Below, piece after piece: positions 37,152 through 50,612 of a stretch of 64,000 nt of DNA. Within the stretch, counting starts at the first letter, position 1. Every line of letters begins with the position of its first letter. This stretch comes from an uncultured bacterium. Its GTDB lineage: Bacteria > Eisenbacteria > RBG-16-71-46 > CAZAMP01. The DNA lies in contig CAZAMP010000025.1 in assembly GCA_964486455.1 (NCBI GenBank), forward strand, positions 26-64,025, given 5' to 3'. A program made the translations under genes and the position numbers. The notes beneath the pieces were generated by a model. That model had not been told where the DNA came from. It did not search any database and saw only the letters and a list, made by a program, of their open reading frames with translations.

Positions 37152-38996
37152 CTAGGGTTCCGTCTGATCGATCCGGCGGGCCAGGTCCGCCAACGAGCGG
37201 GCGGACGGGTTCTCCGAGAGACCGGTCCGAACCGCGTCGCGGGCCCCGGTGGGGTTCCCCAACGCCAGGCGCGCGCGGACCAGATTCTCCCACGCCAGCA
37301 CGTAGTGGACGTCCGCCTCTACCGCCCTCAGCCACAGGCGTTCGGCCCGCTCGATTTGCCCCGCACCCGCGAGGAGCGTGGCCAGGTCGTTCAGCATTCG
37401 GGCGTTGTCCGGCACACGGCCTGACGTCGCCTCTACCAAGCTCAGGGCGAGATCCGTTCGCCCGACCGCGAAGAGGTAGGCGGCATGATGAAAACTCACG
37501 GCGGCTAGCGTCCCCCGCTCGAAGTAGCCGAGCTTCGCCGACGCGCGATGGCGGAGCGCGTTGTCCCGCCAGCGCGGAGGCGCAGCTTCCGGCGGGCCGT
37601 ATCTAAACGCAAGGCCGTTGGGAGTGCACGCGCCCGGATCGAAGGGCGGCTTGGGCAACGTCACGAAGATGGGTCGCTCCCGTCGCTCAACGACACGCGT
37701 GGCAGACTCGGCTGGACGCCCGTAAGCATCCGCCGAATCCGGCGCCCCGATCACGCGGAGCGATACGTCGGTCCGCATCCTCTCGACCGCTTGAAGGTAG
37801 ATGAGCGGGAACGCCTCGTGATCAGCGCTCACGAACAGAACCGCGTCCGCCGGGAGCGGGGCCAGGAGCGCGCGCCCGTAGTCGCCGGCGATGTAGTTGT
37901 CAGACTTGTCGCAGACCGGCCTCACGACGATGAAGAGCCATACCGCCCACGCTGCAACCGCGACCCCCGTGATACCCGCGATACGAGCGGCGAGGGATTG
38001 TAGTCCCTGTGCCGCGAGTAGTAGCAGGAACGAAAACGACGGAAGGAGAAAGACCTCCGACTCGATGAGTTGTTCACCTCGGAGTAGTCCCGAAAGAACA
38101 ACCGCAGAGACGGGGCCCGCGAGCAACAGCCATGCGATGAGCGTTTGTGTCACGTGATCGCGCCGGAGCCGAATGATCGCCACGGCCGCAAGCCCCCACG
38201 CGACCCCCGATGCGACGTGCGTCGAGGCCGAGATCCACTTCGCCAATTGCTGTAAGACGACATCCACTCCGGGCCAACGAAACCCGCCGTACTGGCCGCG
38301 TGTGATGTGCGCGAGAAGGCGCTCGAGGTCGGCGGGATGTCCCCAATCCAGCGGCGGCGACGTTGCTGAACGAATGGGGAGATAGAGCAGCGGAGTCATG
38401 CCGAGAAGGACCCATCCGATCGTTCGCACCCACCCGCTCGGTCGAACCCCCTCCGCCAGAGATCGGCGAAGCCGTCCCCATACCACGGGTAAAAGCAGTG
38501 CGAGGTTTCCGCCGTGCGAGATGAGCGAGAGCCCGGACACGTAGGCCAGAAGCGACTTCCGGTCCGAACGAAGGTGCAGCAAAGCAAGCCACAACACGAT
38601 GACGAGATTGAGACTGTAGACCTCGGCAACGACCGATTGCCCCCAGAGGGTCGGCCCGAGACCATGGACGAGCGTGAGCGGGGCCCCGATCCACAACCGG
38701 AGTCCGCACGGCCCCACCGCCAGACGAAAGAAAATCCATGAGGCCAACGCGGAGAAGAACGCCACGCCGAGATTTACACCGACCGCGGGTGACCCGAACG
38801 GAAGCCACGAGAAGGGGTGAAGGCACAAGCACCAGAGCGGGTAACCGGGTGGATGAGGAACACCGAGCGTCGCGGCGGCGGTGATCAGCTCACCGCTGTC
38901 TCCGATCGATATCGACGGCGACAGGGTCGTGAGATAGACACAGAAGATGATGGCGAAGAGCGCGAAGCCGGTGAGTTTCTCGGCAGTGGCCGTCAC
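37152..38996 (-). CDS. DUF2723/TMEM260-like GT-C glycosyltransferase with TPR tail
   Basis: GDSGEL..LGVPHPPGYPL, QSVVAEVY, many TM helices. Confidence 0.82.
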   Translation of the reverse strand: MTATAEKLTGFALFAIIFCVYLTTLSPSISIGDSGELITAAATLGVPHPPGYPLWCLCLHPFSWLPFGSPAVGVNLGVAFFSALASWIFFRLAVGPCGLRLWIGAPLTLVHGLGPTLWGQSVVAEVYSLNLVIVLWLALLHLRSDRKSLLAYVSGLSLISHGGNLALLLPVVWGRLRRSLAEGVRPSGWVRTIGWVLLGMTPLLYLPIRSATSPPLDWGHPADLERLLAHITRGQYGGFRWPGVDVVLQQLAKWISASTHVASGVAWGLAAVAIIRLRRDHVTQTLIAWLLLAGPVSAVVLSGLLRGEQLIESEVFLLPSFSFLLLLAAQGLQSLAARIAGITGVAVAAWAVWLFIVVRPVCDKSDNYIAGDYGRALLAPLPADAVLFVSADHEAFPLIYLQAVERMRTDVSLRVIGAPDSADAYGRPAESATRVVERRERPIFVTLPKPPFDPGACTPNGLAFRYGPPEAAPPRWRDNALRHRASAKLGYFERGTLAAVSFHHAAYLFAVGRTDLALSLVEATSGRVPDNARMLNDLATLLAGAGQIERAERLWLRAVEADVHYVLAWENLVRARLALGNPTGARDAVRTGLSENPSARSLADLARRIDQTEP

Positions 38997-40213
38997 ATCT
39001 TGCTCGCGGAACTCGGACGCCGCCCCCGTCCCGCGAGCTGCTCGATCCATCTGCGAAGGCCTCCCGCGGGCTTGGCCTCATCGATCGAGATCGCGGGCAC
39101 GCGACCGAGACACCAGCCGTCGACATGGACGAACAGATTTCCGATCTCCTGTCCGACCCTTATTGGCGCGACGAGGTCTTCGGTGAGCGCCAGCGTCACG
39201 GCGGGATCGGCGGGGTGGTCGATCTCCGACCAGATGAAGAGCCCGGCACCCGAGGCGATGCGGATCTCTTCCGAATCCTCCGCGTCCATGACCGATCGTG
39301 TCGCAACGATGTCTCCGACATCGAGGACGGGTAGCTTCTCGAAGCGCCCGAAACCGTAGTCGAGAAGCGCGCGCGCCAAGCGAAATCGCTCGTCGCTCGA
39401 GGGTGCGCCGAGGATGGAGCAAACGAGCCGCCGGCCGTCCCGCTTCGCCGTCGCGATGAGACACCAGCGGGCGCGCTGTGTGAAGCCGGTCTTGAGCCCG
39501 TCCACGCCTTCGATCTTCCCCAGCATTTCGTTTGCGTTGACGATGATCAGGTCGCGATCGTTGACGGGCGTTCGCTCGGTTGCGCACCACTCCATGAGTC
39601 GCTGATGGCGAACCGCCTCGCAACCGAGAACGGCGAGATCCATGGCGCTCGCCCGATCTCCCTGCTGTCCCCAGCTTGCCGGAAGCCCGTGGGGGGTCCG
39701 AAAACGCGTCTCGGTCAGGCCGAGGTCTTTCGCGCGTGCGTTCATCATCGTGACCGATCGCTCGTAGCTGCCGAAGAGGCCCTCCGCCAGGGCGACCGCC
39801 GCGTCGTTCGCCGAGTGCACGGCGACGTAGAGCGCGAGCTCGTCGAGCGTCCGGACGTCTCCTTCGGCGAGATAGAGCTGTTGCCCTCCCGTGTCGTCCG
39901 CGCGGCGTGAAATGACCACGGGATCGTCGGGGTCCCGGCGACCCGACTTGAACTCCTCCGCCGCAAGAAGAAGCAGCATGAGCTTCACGGTCGACGCCGG
40001 AGGCTGGGCGGCTCTCGGGAGGTGCGTGTAGAGCGGTTGGCCGGTCTCGGCATCCAGGAGCACGGCCCCACGAACCGAGCGGCAAAGCCGATCAACGTGA
40101 TCGCGGGTGGGCGGTTCCGCGGTCTCGGCCAGGGGCGCGGAGATTGCCGTCATGGCAAGAACCGCCACCACCACCAGCACCATCGCCCTGACTTGCGCAA
40201 TTCCGAAAGCCAT
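38993..40213 (-). CDS. D-Ala-D-Ala carboxypeptidase (S11)
   Basis: PASTVK, SAND, GLKTG; start approximate. Confidence 0.9.
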   Translation of the reverse strand: MAFGIAQVRAMVLVVVAVLAMTAISAPLAETAEPPTRDHVDRLCRSVRGAVLLDAETGQPLYTHLPRAAQPPASTVKLMLLLLAAEEFKSGRRDPDDPVVISRRADDTGGQQLYLAEGDVRTLDELALYVAVHSANDAAVALAEGLFGSYERSVTMMNARAKDLGLTETRFRTPHGLPASWGQQGDRASAMDLAVLGCEAVRHQRLMEWCATERTPVNDRDLIIVNANEMLGKIEGVDGLKTGFTQRARWCLIATAKRDGRRLVCSILGAPSSDERFRLARALLDYGFGRFEKLPVLDVGDIVATRSVMDAEDSEEIRIASGAGLFIWSEIDHPADPAVTLALTEDLVAPIRVGQEIGNLFVHVDGWCLGRVPAISIDEAKPAGGLRRWIEQLAGRGRRPSSASKM

Positions 40214-40292
40214 TGCTATAGTTGGCAATTCGAGATTACCTGCCTGGGCCACTTTTGTGCCCCTACCCATATCGGATATCCGAGGAGGAGAA

Positions 40293-40520
40293 ATGGACGT
40301 CTCCATCGAGTATTGCGTTCAGTGAAACTACCTTCCGAACGCCGCCAGTTTGGCGGGGGTCATTGAGAAGAAATTCGGCGTGACGCCGACGTTAATCAAA
40401 TCGGGCGGAGGCGCATTCGAGGTAACGGCCAACGATGAGCTCGTCTTCTCGAAGCTGGCCGTCGGCCGTTTTCCCGAGGATGAAGAAATCATCTCCGCCT
40501 TGAGCGACCTCGAAACATAA
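40293..40520 (+). CDS. Rdx-family (SelW/SelT-like) selenoprotein with CxxU
   Basis: RBS GAGGAGGAG; MDVSIEYCVQ-UGA-NYLPNAA...SGGGAFEV...VFSK...RFP; 75 aa with readthrough. Confidence 0.9.
40330..40361 (+). promoter_or_regulatory. Bacterial SECIS-like hairpin
   Basis: CCGCCA-GTT-TGGCGG stem with a G-led loop starting about 16 nt 3' of the in-frame UGA (40323-25). Confidence 0.65.
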
Positions 40521-40579
40521 CCGCATGCCGCTTGGGCGCCAAGCCTGAACTCACCCGCGTGAGTGGAGGACCGGTAGCC

Positions 40580-40969
40580 GTGGGACACTCCGACACTGCA
40601 ACCAATGGGATCCGCGTCGAGGTGCGGAGCACATACGTTCCCGAGCGCTCCTCCCCCGAGGTCGGCGCGTACTTCTTCGTCTATCGAATTCGGATATCCA
40701 ATGAGGGGACGTTTGCCGCGAAGCTCACCGACCGTCACTGGATCATCACCGACGCCTTCGGGATGGTGGAGGAAGTGAAGGATCCGGGCGTGGTCGGCAA
40801 GCAGCCCCGCCTCGAGCCCGGGGAAACCTTCGAGTACACGAGCGCCTGCCCGCTCGGAACGCTCACCGGCACAATGCACGGCACGTACCGGATGGAAAGA
40901 GACGACGGAGAGACGTTCGACGCGGACATCGGCGAATTCGGCCTCGCCGTGCCGAACGTTATGAACTAG
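40580..40969 (+). CDS. apaG: ApaG protein
   Basis: YRIRISN, RHWIITD, GVVGKQP, FEYTSACPL, GTMHGTY. Confidence 0.93.
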   Translation: MGHSDTATNGIRVEVRSTYVPERSSPEVGAYFFVYRIRISNEGTFAAKLTDRHWIITDAFGMVEEVKDPGVVGKQPRLEPGETFEYTSACPLGTLTGTMHGTYRMERDDGETFDADIGEFGLAVPNVMN

Positions 40970-40977
40970 GAGAGCAT

Positions 40978-41484
40978 ATGCACAGCTGTCGCCACGATGC
41001 CTCACGCACATCAACATCGAAAGACATCTGGGTCGCCCTCAGCGTACTTCTCGCATCGGCGCTTCTCGTGTCATGCGGTGAAGAACGCACCGACTCGGAA
41101 TCCCACGAAAGTGACGCCCCCTCGACCCACTCAGAACCTCCCACCTCGGGGATGGCAATCGTCGCGCTCGAGCTCGACGACGGACACAAGTGGAAGGTGG
41201 ATGATCACACGCGCTCCGTCTTCGCCGAGATGAAGGAGATCTTTCTTGGAGCTGATCACCGATCATTGGGCGAGGAAGGCCTGAAGAAGACGGGGGCTGA
41301 TCTGCAAGCCAAGCTCCACGAACTGATCCGAGGTTGCACGATGACCGGTGCAGCTCACGACCAATTGCACGTGTACCTTACCGGATACATGCCCGCGGTC
41401 GCGACGCTTGCCGAGACGGGCCGGATGGAGGAAGCCATGAAGGTCGAGCACTACCTGGTGACGTTCGGCGAGTATTTCGAATAG
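40978..41484 (+). CDS. Helical His-containing lipoprotein
   Basis: Lipobox LVSC; GHKW..CTMTGAAHDQLH..YFE. Confidence 0.7.
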   Translation: MHSCRHDASRTSTSKDIWVALSVLLASALLVSCGEERTDSESHESDAPSTHSEPPTSGMAIVALELDDGHKWKVDDHTRSVFAEMKEIFLGADHRSLGEEGLKKTGADLQAKLHELIRGCTMTGAAHDQLHVYLTGYMPAVATLAETGRMEEAMKVEHYLVTFGEYFE

Positions 41485-41533
41485 TGCACCACGTGACCAT
41501 AGCGAGTCGCCTACCGCTAGGAGGAGAGAACGA

Positions 41534-41980
41534 GTGCTGGTACCAACGGCGTCCACCGCGAAGGCGTTCATTGAGATCGAAGGCGACGACCAGTTCTTGT
41601 TCGCTCGTAAGAACGCTCCCGGAAAGAAGAAGCACGGCAGGCTGGAAATGCTCGGAGGGCGGATCGAGCAAGACGAGGAGCCGTGGCAAACGCTTCGCCG
41701 CGAGCTTCGGGAAGAGGAAACAAGCGAAGCACTGGCCAGCCTCGTCGAGGACGAACAGCCGTTTGATGAAGTCATCGTCGAAGGCGTCTCACACTACATC
41801 TTCTCACTCTCGCTACCTCCGACAATCGTGGACAAGCTTTCCTACAACAGCCACGCCAGTCTCGGGTTCGTCCGGGTGTCCAGAGAGGACGTCTTCAACC
41901 GGGAGCATCTCGGCGGCTTCACGAAGAAGACCCGAAAGCTCTGGCGGGCGTGGGACTGCTGGCGGGATCTGGCCGACTAG
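41534..41980 (+). CDS. NUDIX hydrolase
   Basis: GGRIEQDE..LRRELREE Nudix box. Confidence 0.8.
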   Translation: MLVPTASTAKAFIEIEGDDQFLFARKNAPGKKKHGRLEMLGGRIEQDEEPWQTLRRELREEETSEALASLVEDEQPFDEVIVEGVSHYIFSLSLPPTIVDKLSYNSHASLGFVRVSREDVFNREHLGGFTKKTRKLWRAWDCWRDLAD

Positions 41981-42567
41981 TGACCGAGATCCTCGAACGC
42001 ATACTCGCTCTTCCCACTGACGGCCTCGTGATCGTCGTCGCGATCGACGGTCGTGGCGGCGCGGGAAAGACCACGCTCGCCGCCAACGTCGCCCGAGAAC
42101 TCGAGGATTCCGGGCGTCGCGTGAGTGTGGTCCACTACGATGACTTCTACCTGCCGAGCGCGCGCCGGCAACCGGGCGTGGGTGCGGAGAAATCGATCTG
42201 GGGCGACTTCGACTGGGAACGCCTGCGGGACGAGGTTCTCGTTCCGTTCCGCTTGGCGCGGCAGGCACGCTACGCGCGATACGATTGGGTCAGCGACAGA
42301 CTCGAGGAGACTCACGAAGTCCCACCCGGTGGGGTGCTCATCGTGGAGGGCGTCTCCTGCAGCCACCGAGGGCTCTTCGATCTCTATGACCTTCGGATCT
42401 GGGTGGACGCCCCTCGCAAGACGCGACTGCGGCGGGGAGTCGATCGCGACGGTGAAGCATTCCGTGACCTGTGGGAGAACGACTGGATGCCCGCCGAAGA
42501 CCGGTACATTCGCGAGCATAGGCCGGACCTAACAGCAGACATCGTCGTGAACGGTGCGGACAGCTAG
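41980..42567 (+). CDS. Uridine kinase-like P-loop kinase
   Basis: AIDGRGGAGKTT, DDFY, YDW, VEG. Confidence 0.8.
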   Translation: MTEILERILALPTDGLVIVVAIDGRGGAGKTTLAANVARELEDSGRRVSVVHYDDFYLPSARRQPGVGAEKSIWGDFDWERLRDEVLVPFRLARQARYARYDWVSDRLEETHEVPPGGVLIVEGVSCSHRGLFDLYDLRIWVDAPRKTRLRRGVDRDGEAFRDLWENDWMPAEDRYIREHRPDLTADIVVNGADS

Positions 42568-42727
42568 TCATCCGCTGCGGGCGATGTGATTTCACATGAG
42601 GCCGCGGCGGACGCCACGCGGCTATCTCCCATCGTGAAATGGGTCGAGTTGTCTCACTGGCTCAGGGCTAACGGCAAGGATGAAGCGGATTGAATCGGCG
42701 CCGCGCCGACAGGCTGTCGCAGACGGT

Positions 42728-43138
42728 CTACAGCCCCACCATTCGCTGGCGGGCGAGCGCCCGTTTCAGCGCCACTTCCGCTCTCGCCACGTCGATCGTC
42801 GAGTCGCCGATCGCCTGCTTGAGGCGGCCCCGCGCGCGCTCTTCGGCCTTCTTGGCCCGGTCGGCGTCGATTTCATCGGGACGCTCGATCGCGTCGGCCA
42901 GAACCACCGCACTATTGCCCGAGACCTCGAAGAAGCCGCCGCTCAACGAGTAGACGGTCTCCTGTCCCCCGGGGTCCCTCACGATGAACTTGCCGGGAGC
43001 GAGCGCCGAAATGAGCGGCGCGTGGTTCGAGAGCACGCCAAAGTAACCCATGAGACCCGGGAGGAGGACGTAGGAAACATCCTCCTCGAAAACCGTCTTC
43101 TCCGGCGTCAGAACGCTCAGATGGAATGTGCTTGCCAT
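42728..43138 (-). CDS. atpC: ATP synthase epsilon
   Basis: LTPE, GVLSNHAP, GGFFEV. Confidence 0.95.
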   Translation of the reverse strand: MASTFHLSVLTPEKTVFEEDVSYVLLPGLMGYFGVLSNHAPLISALAPGKFIVRDPGGQETVYSLSGGFFEVSGNSAVVLADAIERPDEIDADRAKKAEERARGRLKQAIGDSTIDVARAEVALKRALARQRMVGL

Positions 43139-43162
43139 ACGATTACTTCCGGTTGCCTGTGT

Positions 43163-45467
<2,305 letters not shown>

Positions 45468-45471
45468 CTAT

Positions 45472-47016
<1,545 letters not shown>

Positions 47017-47018
47017 CC

Positions 47019-47585
47019 CTACACCTCTTTGGCGCTCTCACGGAGCGATATCGCCCTGAGCTCGTTCCGAAGGACCTGGAGGTGGTGACGGATGCTGTCA
47101 TCGATGATCTGGCCGCCAAGGATGACGACCACGCCGCCGATCACAGACGGATCCATCTCCTCCTCTAGGACAATTTCCAGGCCCGTGCGCGCCTCCAGCG
47201 CCCGAGTCAGGCGGTCACGCTCTCCCCCATCGAGCTTTACCGCCGTCATCACGTTGGCCTTGAGGATTCCCTGGTCTTTCTCGAGGAGCTTCGTGTATTC
47301 GGAGGCGATATCCTCGAGGAGGCCGAAACGGCCTTTACGGCGAATGAGAAGCAGGAATTCGAGCAACGTCGGATCAACCTGCCCCTCCAGGGTGGCCCTC
47401 AGAAACGCTTCTTTTCGTTCGGGGGAAACTTTGGGCGAGCCAAGCAGGTCCATAAAAGAGCGATCATCCTTGAGAAGCGCAACCAGCGCGGTGAGCTGAT
47501 TGCCCACGGCCGGTGTCACACCGCGCTCTTTGGCGACCTTGAATGCCGCCTGCGCGTATCTTCTCGAGAGTCCGGATTCCCTCAT
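47019..47585 (-). CDS. atpH: ATP synthase delta
   Basis: RRYAQA, DPSVIGG; operon position. Confidence 0.93.
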   Translation of the reverse strand: MRESGLSRRYAQAAFKVAKERGVTPAVGNQLTALVALLKDDRSFMDLLGSPKVSPERKEAFLRATLEGQVDPTLLEFLLLIRRKGRFGLLEDIASEYTKLLEKDQGILKANVMTAVKLDGGERDRLTRALEARTGLEIVLEEEMDPSVIGGVVVILGGQIIDDSIRHHLQVLRNELRAISLRESAKEV

Positions 47586-48077
47586 CTAGGCCTTGCCTAC
47601 TCCGTCGATCGTCTTTGCGATCAACTCTCGGTGCTTGGCGTCGTCGAGTCGCTCCTGGATGATCTTCTCCGTCGATCGGATCGTCATTTCGACGATCTCG
47701 TCACGCAGCTCGATCCGGGCCTTGTCCAGCTCGCGCTGGGCGCTGTCCCGGGCGCGGTCGCGAATCTCATCCGCCTCACGCCGGGACTCGGCCTTGATCG
47801 TTTCCGCGATCTGTTGGGCTTCCGAGACCCCTTCTTGGATCCGTGCCCGCTTGACGGCCTCGATTTCCTTGAGCTTCTCTTCGTACTCGCCACGCAACCT
47901 GCCCGCTTGCGACTTGTCGCGGTCTATCGTCGCGAACTCATCGGCGATGCGCCTTCTGCGGTCCTCGAGGAACTGCATCAGGGGACCCCACGCGAATTTC
48001 CGCAGGACCCACAGGACGATCAGAAATCCGAAAATGTTCGTGACGATGACAGCGATGTCTTGCTGGGTCACTTGCAT
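47586..48077 (-). CDS. atpF: ATP synthase b
   Basis: TM helix + FAWGP + coiled coil. Confidence 0.93.
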   Translation of the reverse strand: MQVTQQDIAVIVTNIFGFLIVLWVLRKFAWGPLMQFLEDRRRRIADEFATIDRDKSQAGRLRGEYEEKLKEIEAVKRARIQEGVSEAQQIAETIKAESRREADEIRDRARDSAQRELDKARIELRDEIVEMTIRSTEKIIQERLDDAKHRELIAKTIDGVGKA

Positions 48078-48111
48078 CGTTGGCTTCTCCGGCTCGTAGT
48101 GGAGCCTCCTA

Positions 48112-48333
48112 TCACACCTTGCCCATGAGCAGGATGACGGTCAGCAGCGCATAGATCGTCAGCGCCTCGATAAACGCGGCACCGATAACCATTGCCGTTT
48201 GGATCTTTGCGATCGCTTCCGGCTGACGCCCCATCGCTTCCATTGCGCCGCCCACTGCGCGGCCAAGGCCCAGACCCGATCCCAACGCCGCAAGTCCGAC
48301 ACCGAGCGGAAGTCCAATGCCCAGCAGATTCAT
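48112..48333 (-). CDS. atpE: ATP synthase c (H+-type motif)
   Basis: GxGxG, RQPE, IEAL. Confidence 0.96.
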   Translation of the reverse strand: MNLLGIGLPLGVGLAALGSGLGLGRAVGGAMEAMGRQPEAIAKIQTAMVIGAAFIEALTIYALLTVILLMGKV

Positions 48334-48370
48334 GAGTGCGATCCTCCTTCAGTACTTGCCCCGATACTCC

Positions 48371-49357
48371 TCAATGTTCTTCGTGCGGGAGCGCCAGGGC
48401 GAAGTAGATAGTACTCAACAACGTAAATACCAGTGCCTGTATCGTCCCGGTCAGAAGCGCCAGGAAGACGAACGGCACTTGGAACGGAATCCCGATAGGA
48501 ATGTGACTGAACGCCAGGGCCATCGCCCCGAGCGTCGCGAACACGGCGATCAGCTTGTCCTCGCCGAAGACGTTGCCGAAGAGCCGGAGCGAAAGCGACA
48601 GCGGTCGCGCCAGCTCACCGATGATGTGAAGCGGCAGCATCAGCGGGGTGAGCGACCAACCGATCGCGTCTCTGGGCGAGCCGCACAGGTGATGGATGAA
48701 CCCGCCGATCCCGTTCTGCTTCACTCCGGTCCACTGCACGTATAGGAAGACGGTGATCGCCAACGCCACCGTCATCCGGAAGTGCGACGTCGGGCTCATC
48801 AAGAACGGAACGAGCCCCATGAAGTTCATGAGCCATATGTAGAGGAAGAGTGTGCCGAGGAACGGCACGAGATGCTTTCCGCGCTCTCCCACGATGGCCG
48901 CAAGGAAATCGTATAACCCTCCCACGATCAGCTCGACTACGTTCTGCAGCTTGCCCGGAACGAGCGTCATGTTCCTCGTCGCGGTCCGCATGACGATCGC
49001 GAAAGCGATGGTGAGGATCAGACCGAAAATCGTCGGCTGGAACATCTCCAACGTCTTGCCGACCGTCGCCTGCGACTTGGCCGGGAGCTGTTTGACGATG
49101 ATGTCCAGGATCGAGAGAATGTGATAGTGCGGCTCGTGATGCGCATCGTGCTCGCCGGCGGCCCCGTGCGCGGCCTCGACCGCGTGTCCGTCGTCGTGTG
49201 AGTCGACGACTTCCTCGACGACAGCATGCGACGACCCGTGCGCGTCTTCGGCGTGGTCCACTTCTGACGCGTTCGCGAGAATCACCAACGAGACGGCCCA
49301 ACCGACCAGAAGCACCACCAACGCCTGCTTGGCAATCCTCTTACGCAACTCACTCAC
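48371..49357 (-). CDS. atpB: ATP synthase a with His-rich N-terminal extension
   Basis: RPLSLSLRLFGN, IQALVFTLL. Confidence 0.95.
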   Translation of the reverse strand: MSELRKRIAKQALVVLLVGWAVSLVILANASEVDHAEDAHGSSHAVVEEVVDSHDDGHAVEAAHGAAGEHDAHHEPHYHILSILDIIVKQLPAKSQATVGKTLEMFQPTIFGLILTIAFAIVMRTATRNMTLVPGKLQNVVELIVGGLYDFLAAIVGERGKHLVPFLGTLFLYIWLMNFMGLVPFLMSPTSHFRMTVALAITVFLYVQWTGVKQNGIGGFIHHLCGSPRDAIGWSLTPLMLPLHIIGELARPLSLSLRLFGNVFGEDKLIAVFATLGAMALAFSHIPIGIPFQVPFVFLALLTGTIQALVFTLLSTIYFALALPHEEH

Positions 49358-49745
49358 CCCCGACGGTGCCGGAGTTCTCCGGCTGCTTGGCGAAAACCTG
49401 TCCCAGTGATCTGAGAAACATGACGAAGAGAATGATCGTGAAACCGATCGCGGCCGTGAGGATCTGCGGCACCGGGCGCCCGTAGAGCAGGGCGAAACCG
49501 AGCGCCAGCATGGCCAGCTTCAATATGATATCGAGCGCGATGAGTGCGGGCCTGCGAGGACGGTCCGGGCGGATGTGCTCGGTCAGTCGGCGGAGGATAT
49601 AGATGTTTGCCATACCCCAGAGCACACCGCCGAGCATGGGCAAAACCAGCTCGGTATGTCCCAAGGACATCAAAATGGCTGCCGCGATGACTCCGAGCGT
49701 CCCGGCCGACAGCTGGAGACGACCAATCGTTCCCAACATCACCAC
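49350..49745 (-). CDS. atpI: ATP synthase protein I
   Basis: Four TM helices; position upstream of atpB. Confidence 0.7.
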   Translation of the reverse strand: MVMLGTIGRLQLSAGTLGVIAAAILMSLGHTELVLPMLGGVLWGMANIYILRRLTEHIRPDRPRRPALIALDIILKLAMLALGFALLYGRPVPQILTAAIGFTIILFVMFLRSLGQVFAKQPENSGTVGGE

Positions 49746-49776
49746 CCAACCCTTCCGTTGTCACTGCCGTGCCGTT

Positions 49777-49998
49777 CTATTCGGCCTTCTTCAACAGAAG
49801 GTAAACCTCACGCCCACCGGCGATCATCCCCAAGGCCGTCATGACGACCTTCACCCACTCGCCGACGTGGAGCCAGCGAACCAGTGCCCATCCGATGCCG
49901 AATCCCACGAGGGGTGCGGCGAGGAGCATCATCGGAATCATCGTGTAGAGTCCGATGCTCCGCATGCCTTTGAGCTTCTCTCGGTCGCGTTCCTTCAT
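49777..49998 (-). CDS. AtpZ/gene1-family protein
   Basis: Two TM helices, GFGIGW; first gene of the atp operon. Confidence 0.75.
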   Translation of the reverse strand: MKERDREKLKGMRSIGLYTMIPMMLLAAPLVGFGIGWALVRWLHVGEWVKVVMTALGMIAGGREVYLLLKKAE

Positions 49999-50083
49999 CT
50001 TCCCACCAAGAGAGCCCTACCATCGGAGTCGAGCGCGATCCCAAAACGCAAGACGGGAAGGATATGGAAACGCGTCAGAACCG

Positions 50084-50431
50084 TCAACCGCTTTCTTGAC
50101 CCGATGGTGAGCCTTCTTTCGCCGCGAGACGATGGAGCCGATCGAACGCGAAGATCCCCGTATCGTGTCCGTCGCTCCAAGTGATTTTCACGGCGTAGGT
50201 TCCAACAGGCTTGATATCGAGCGGCTTGATATCCTCCGGCACCGTGTTCGGATCCAAGATGGGATGACCCGTCAACTCATCCACACAGCCGGCGCAGTGG
50301 CACGCGCGCCGCAGATCGGGATATCGAAAGTCGCTCACCCGACCATCGTGCCACGTGATACGCAGGGTTTCCTTGCCGGCCGAGATCTCCTTCGGGACGA
50401 TTTCTTGACTGAATTCCACATCGTCTCCCAT
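50084..50431 (-). CDS. DUF971/GBBH-like N-terminal domain protein
   Basis: [26 protein letters not shown]. Confidence 0.85.
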   Translation of the reverse strand: MGDDVEFSQEIVPKEISAGKETLRITWHDGRVSDFRYPDLRRACHCAGCVDELTGHPILDPNTVPEDIKPLDIKPVGTYAVKITWSDGHDTGIFAFDRLHRLAAKEGSPSGQESG

Positions 50432-50612
50432 CTATCCCGCGCCGCATTCGGGGCGCTGATCGGTCATGTTGCGGCCTCGACCCCAAAGTGTACATCGTCG
50501 TCGCGGTCCTGCCGAGCCTACTCGCCTTACCCCGACATGAGAATTTGCTATGATATAATCAGTAATCATAATGCATTGCCATATATGCTGATCTCACAGT
50601 CGGGGGGAACTC

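Noticed and set aside
40107-40325. 72-aa ORF ending at the UGA
   Set aside because: The true start is 40293 with a strong RBS, and the UGA is recoded as Sec.
48112-48333. Na+-translocating ATP synthase
   Set aside because: The c subunit has IEAL and lacks the Q...E-S/T Na+ signature.
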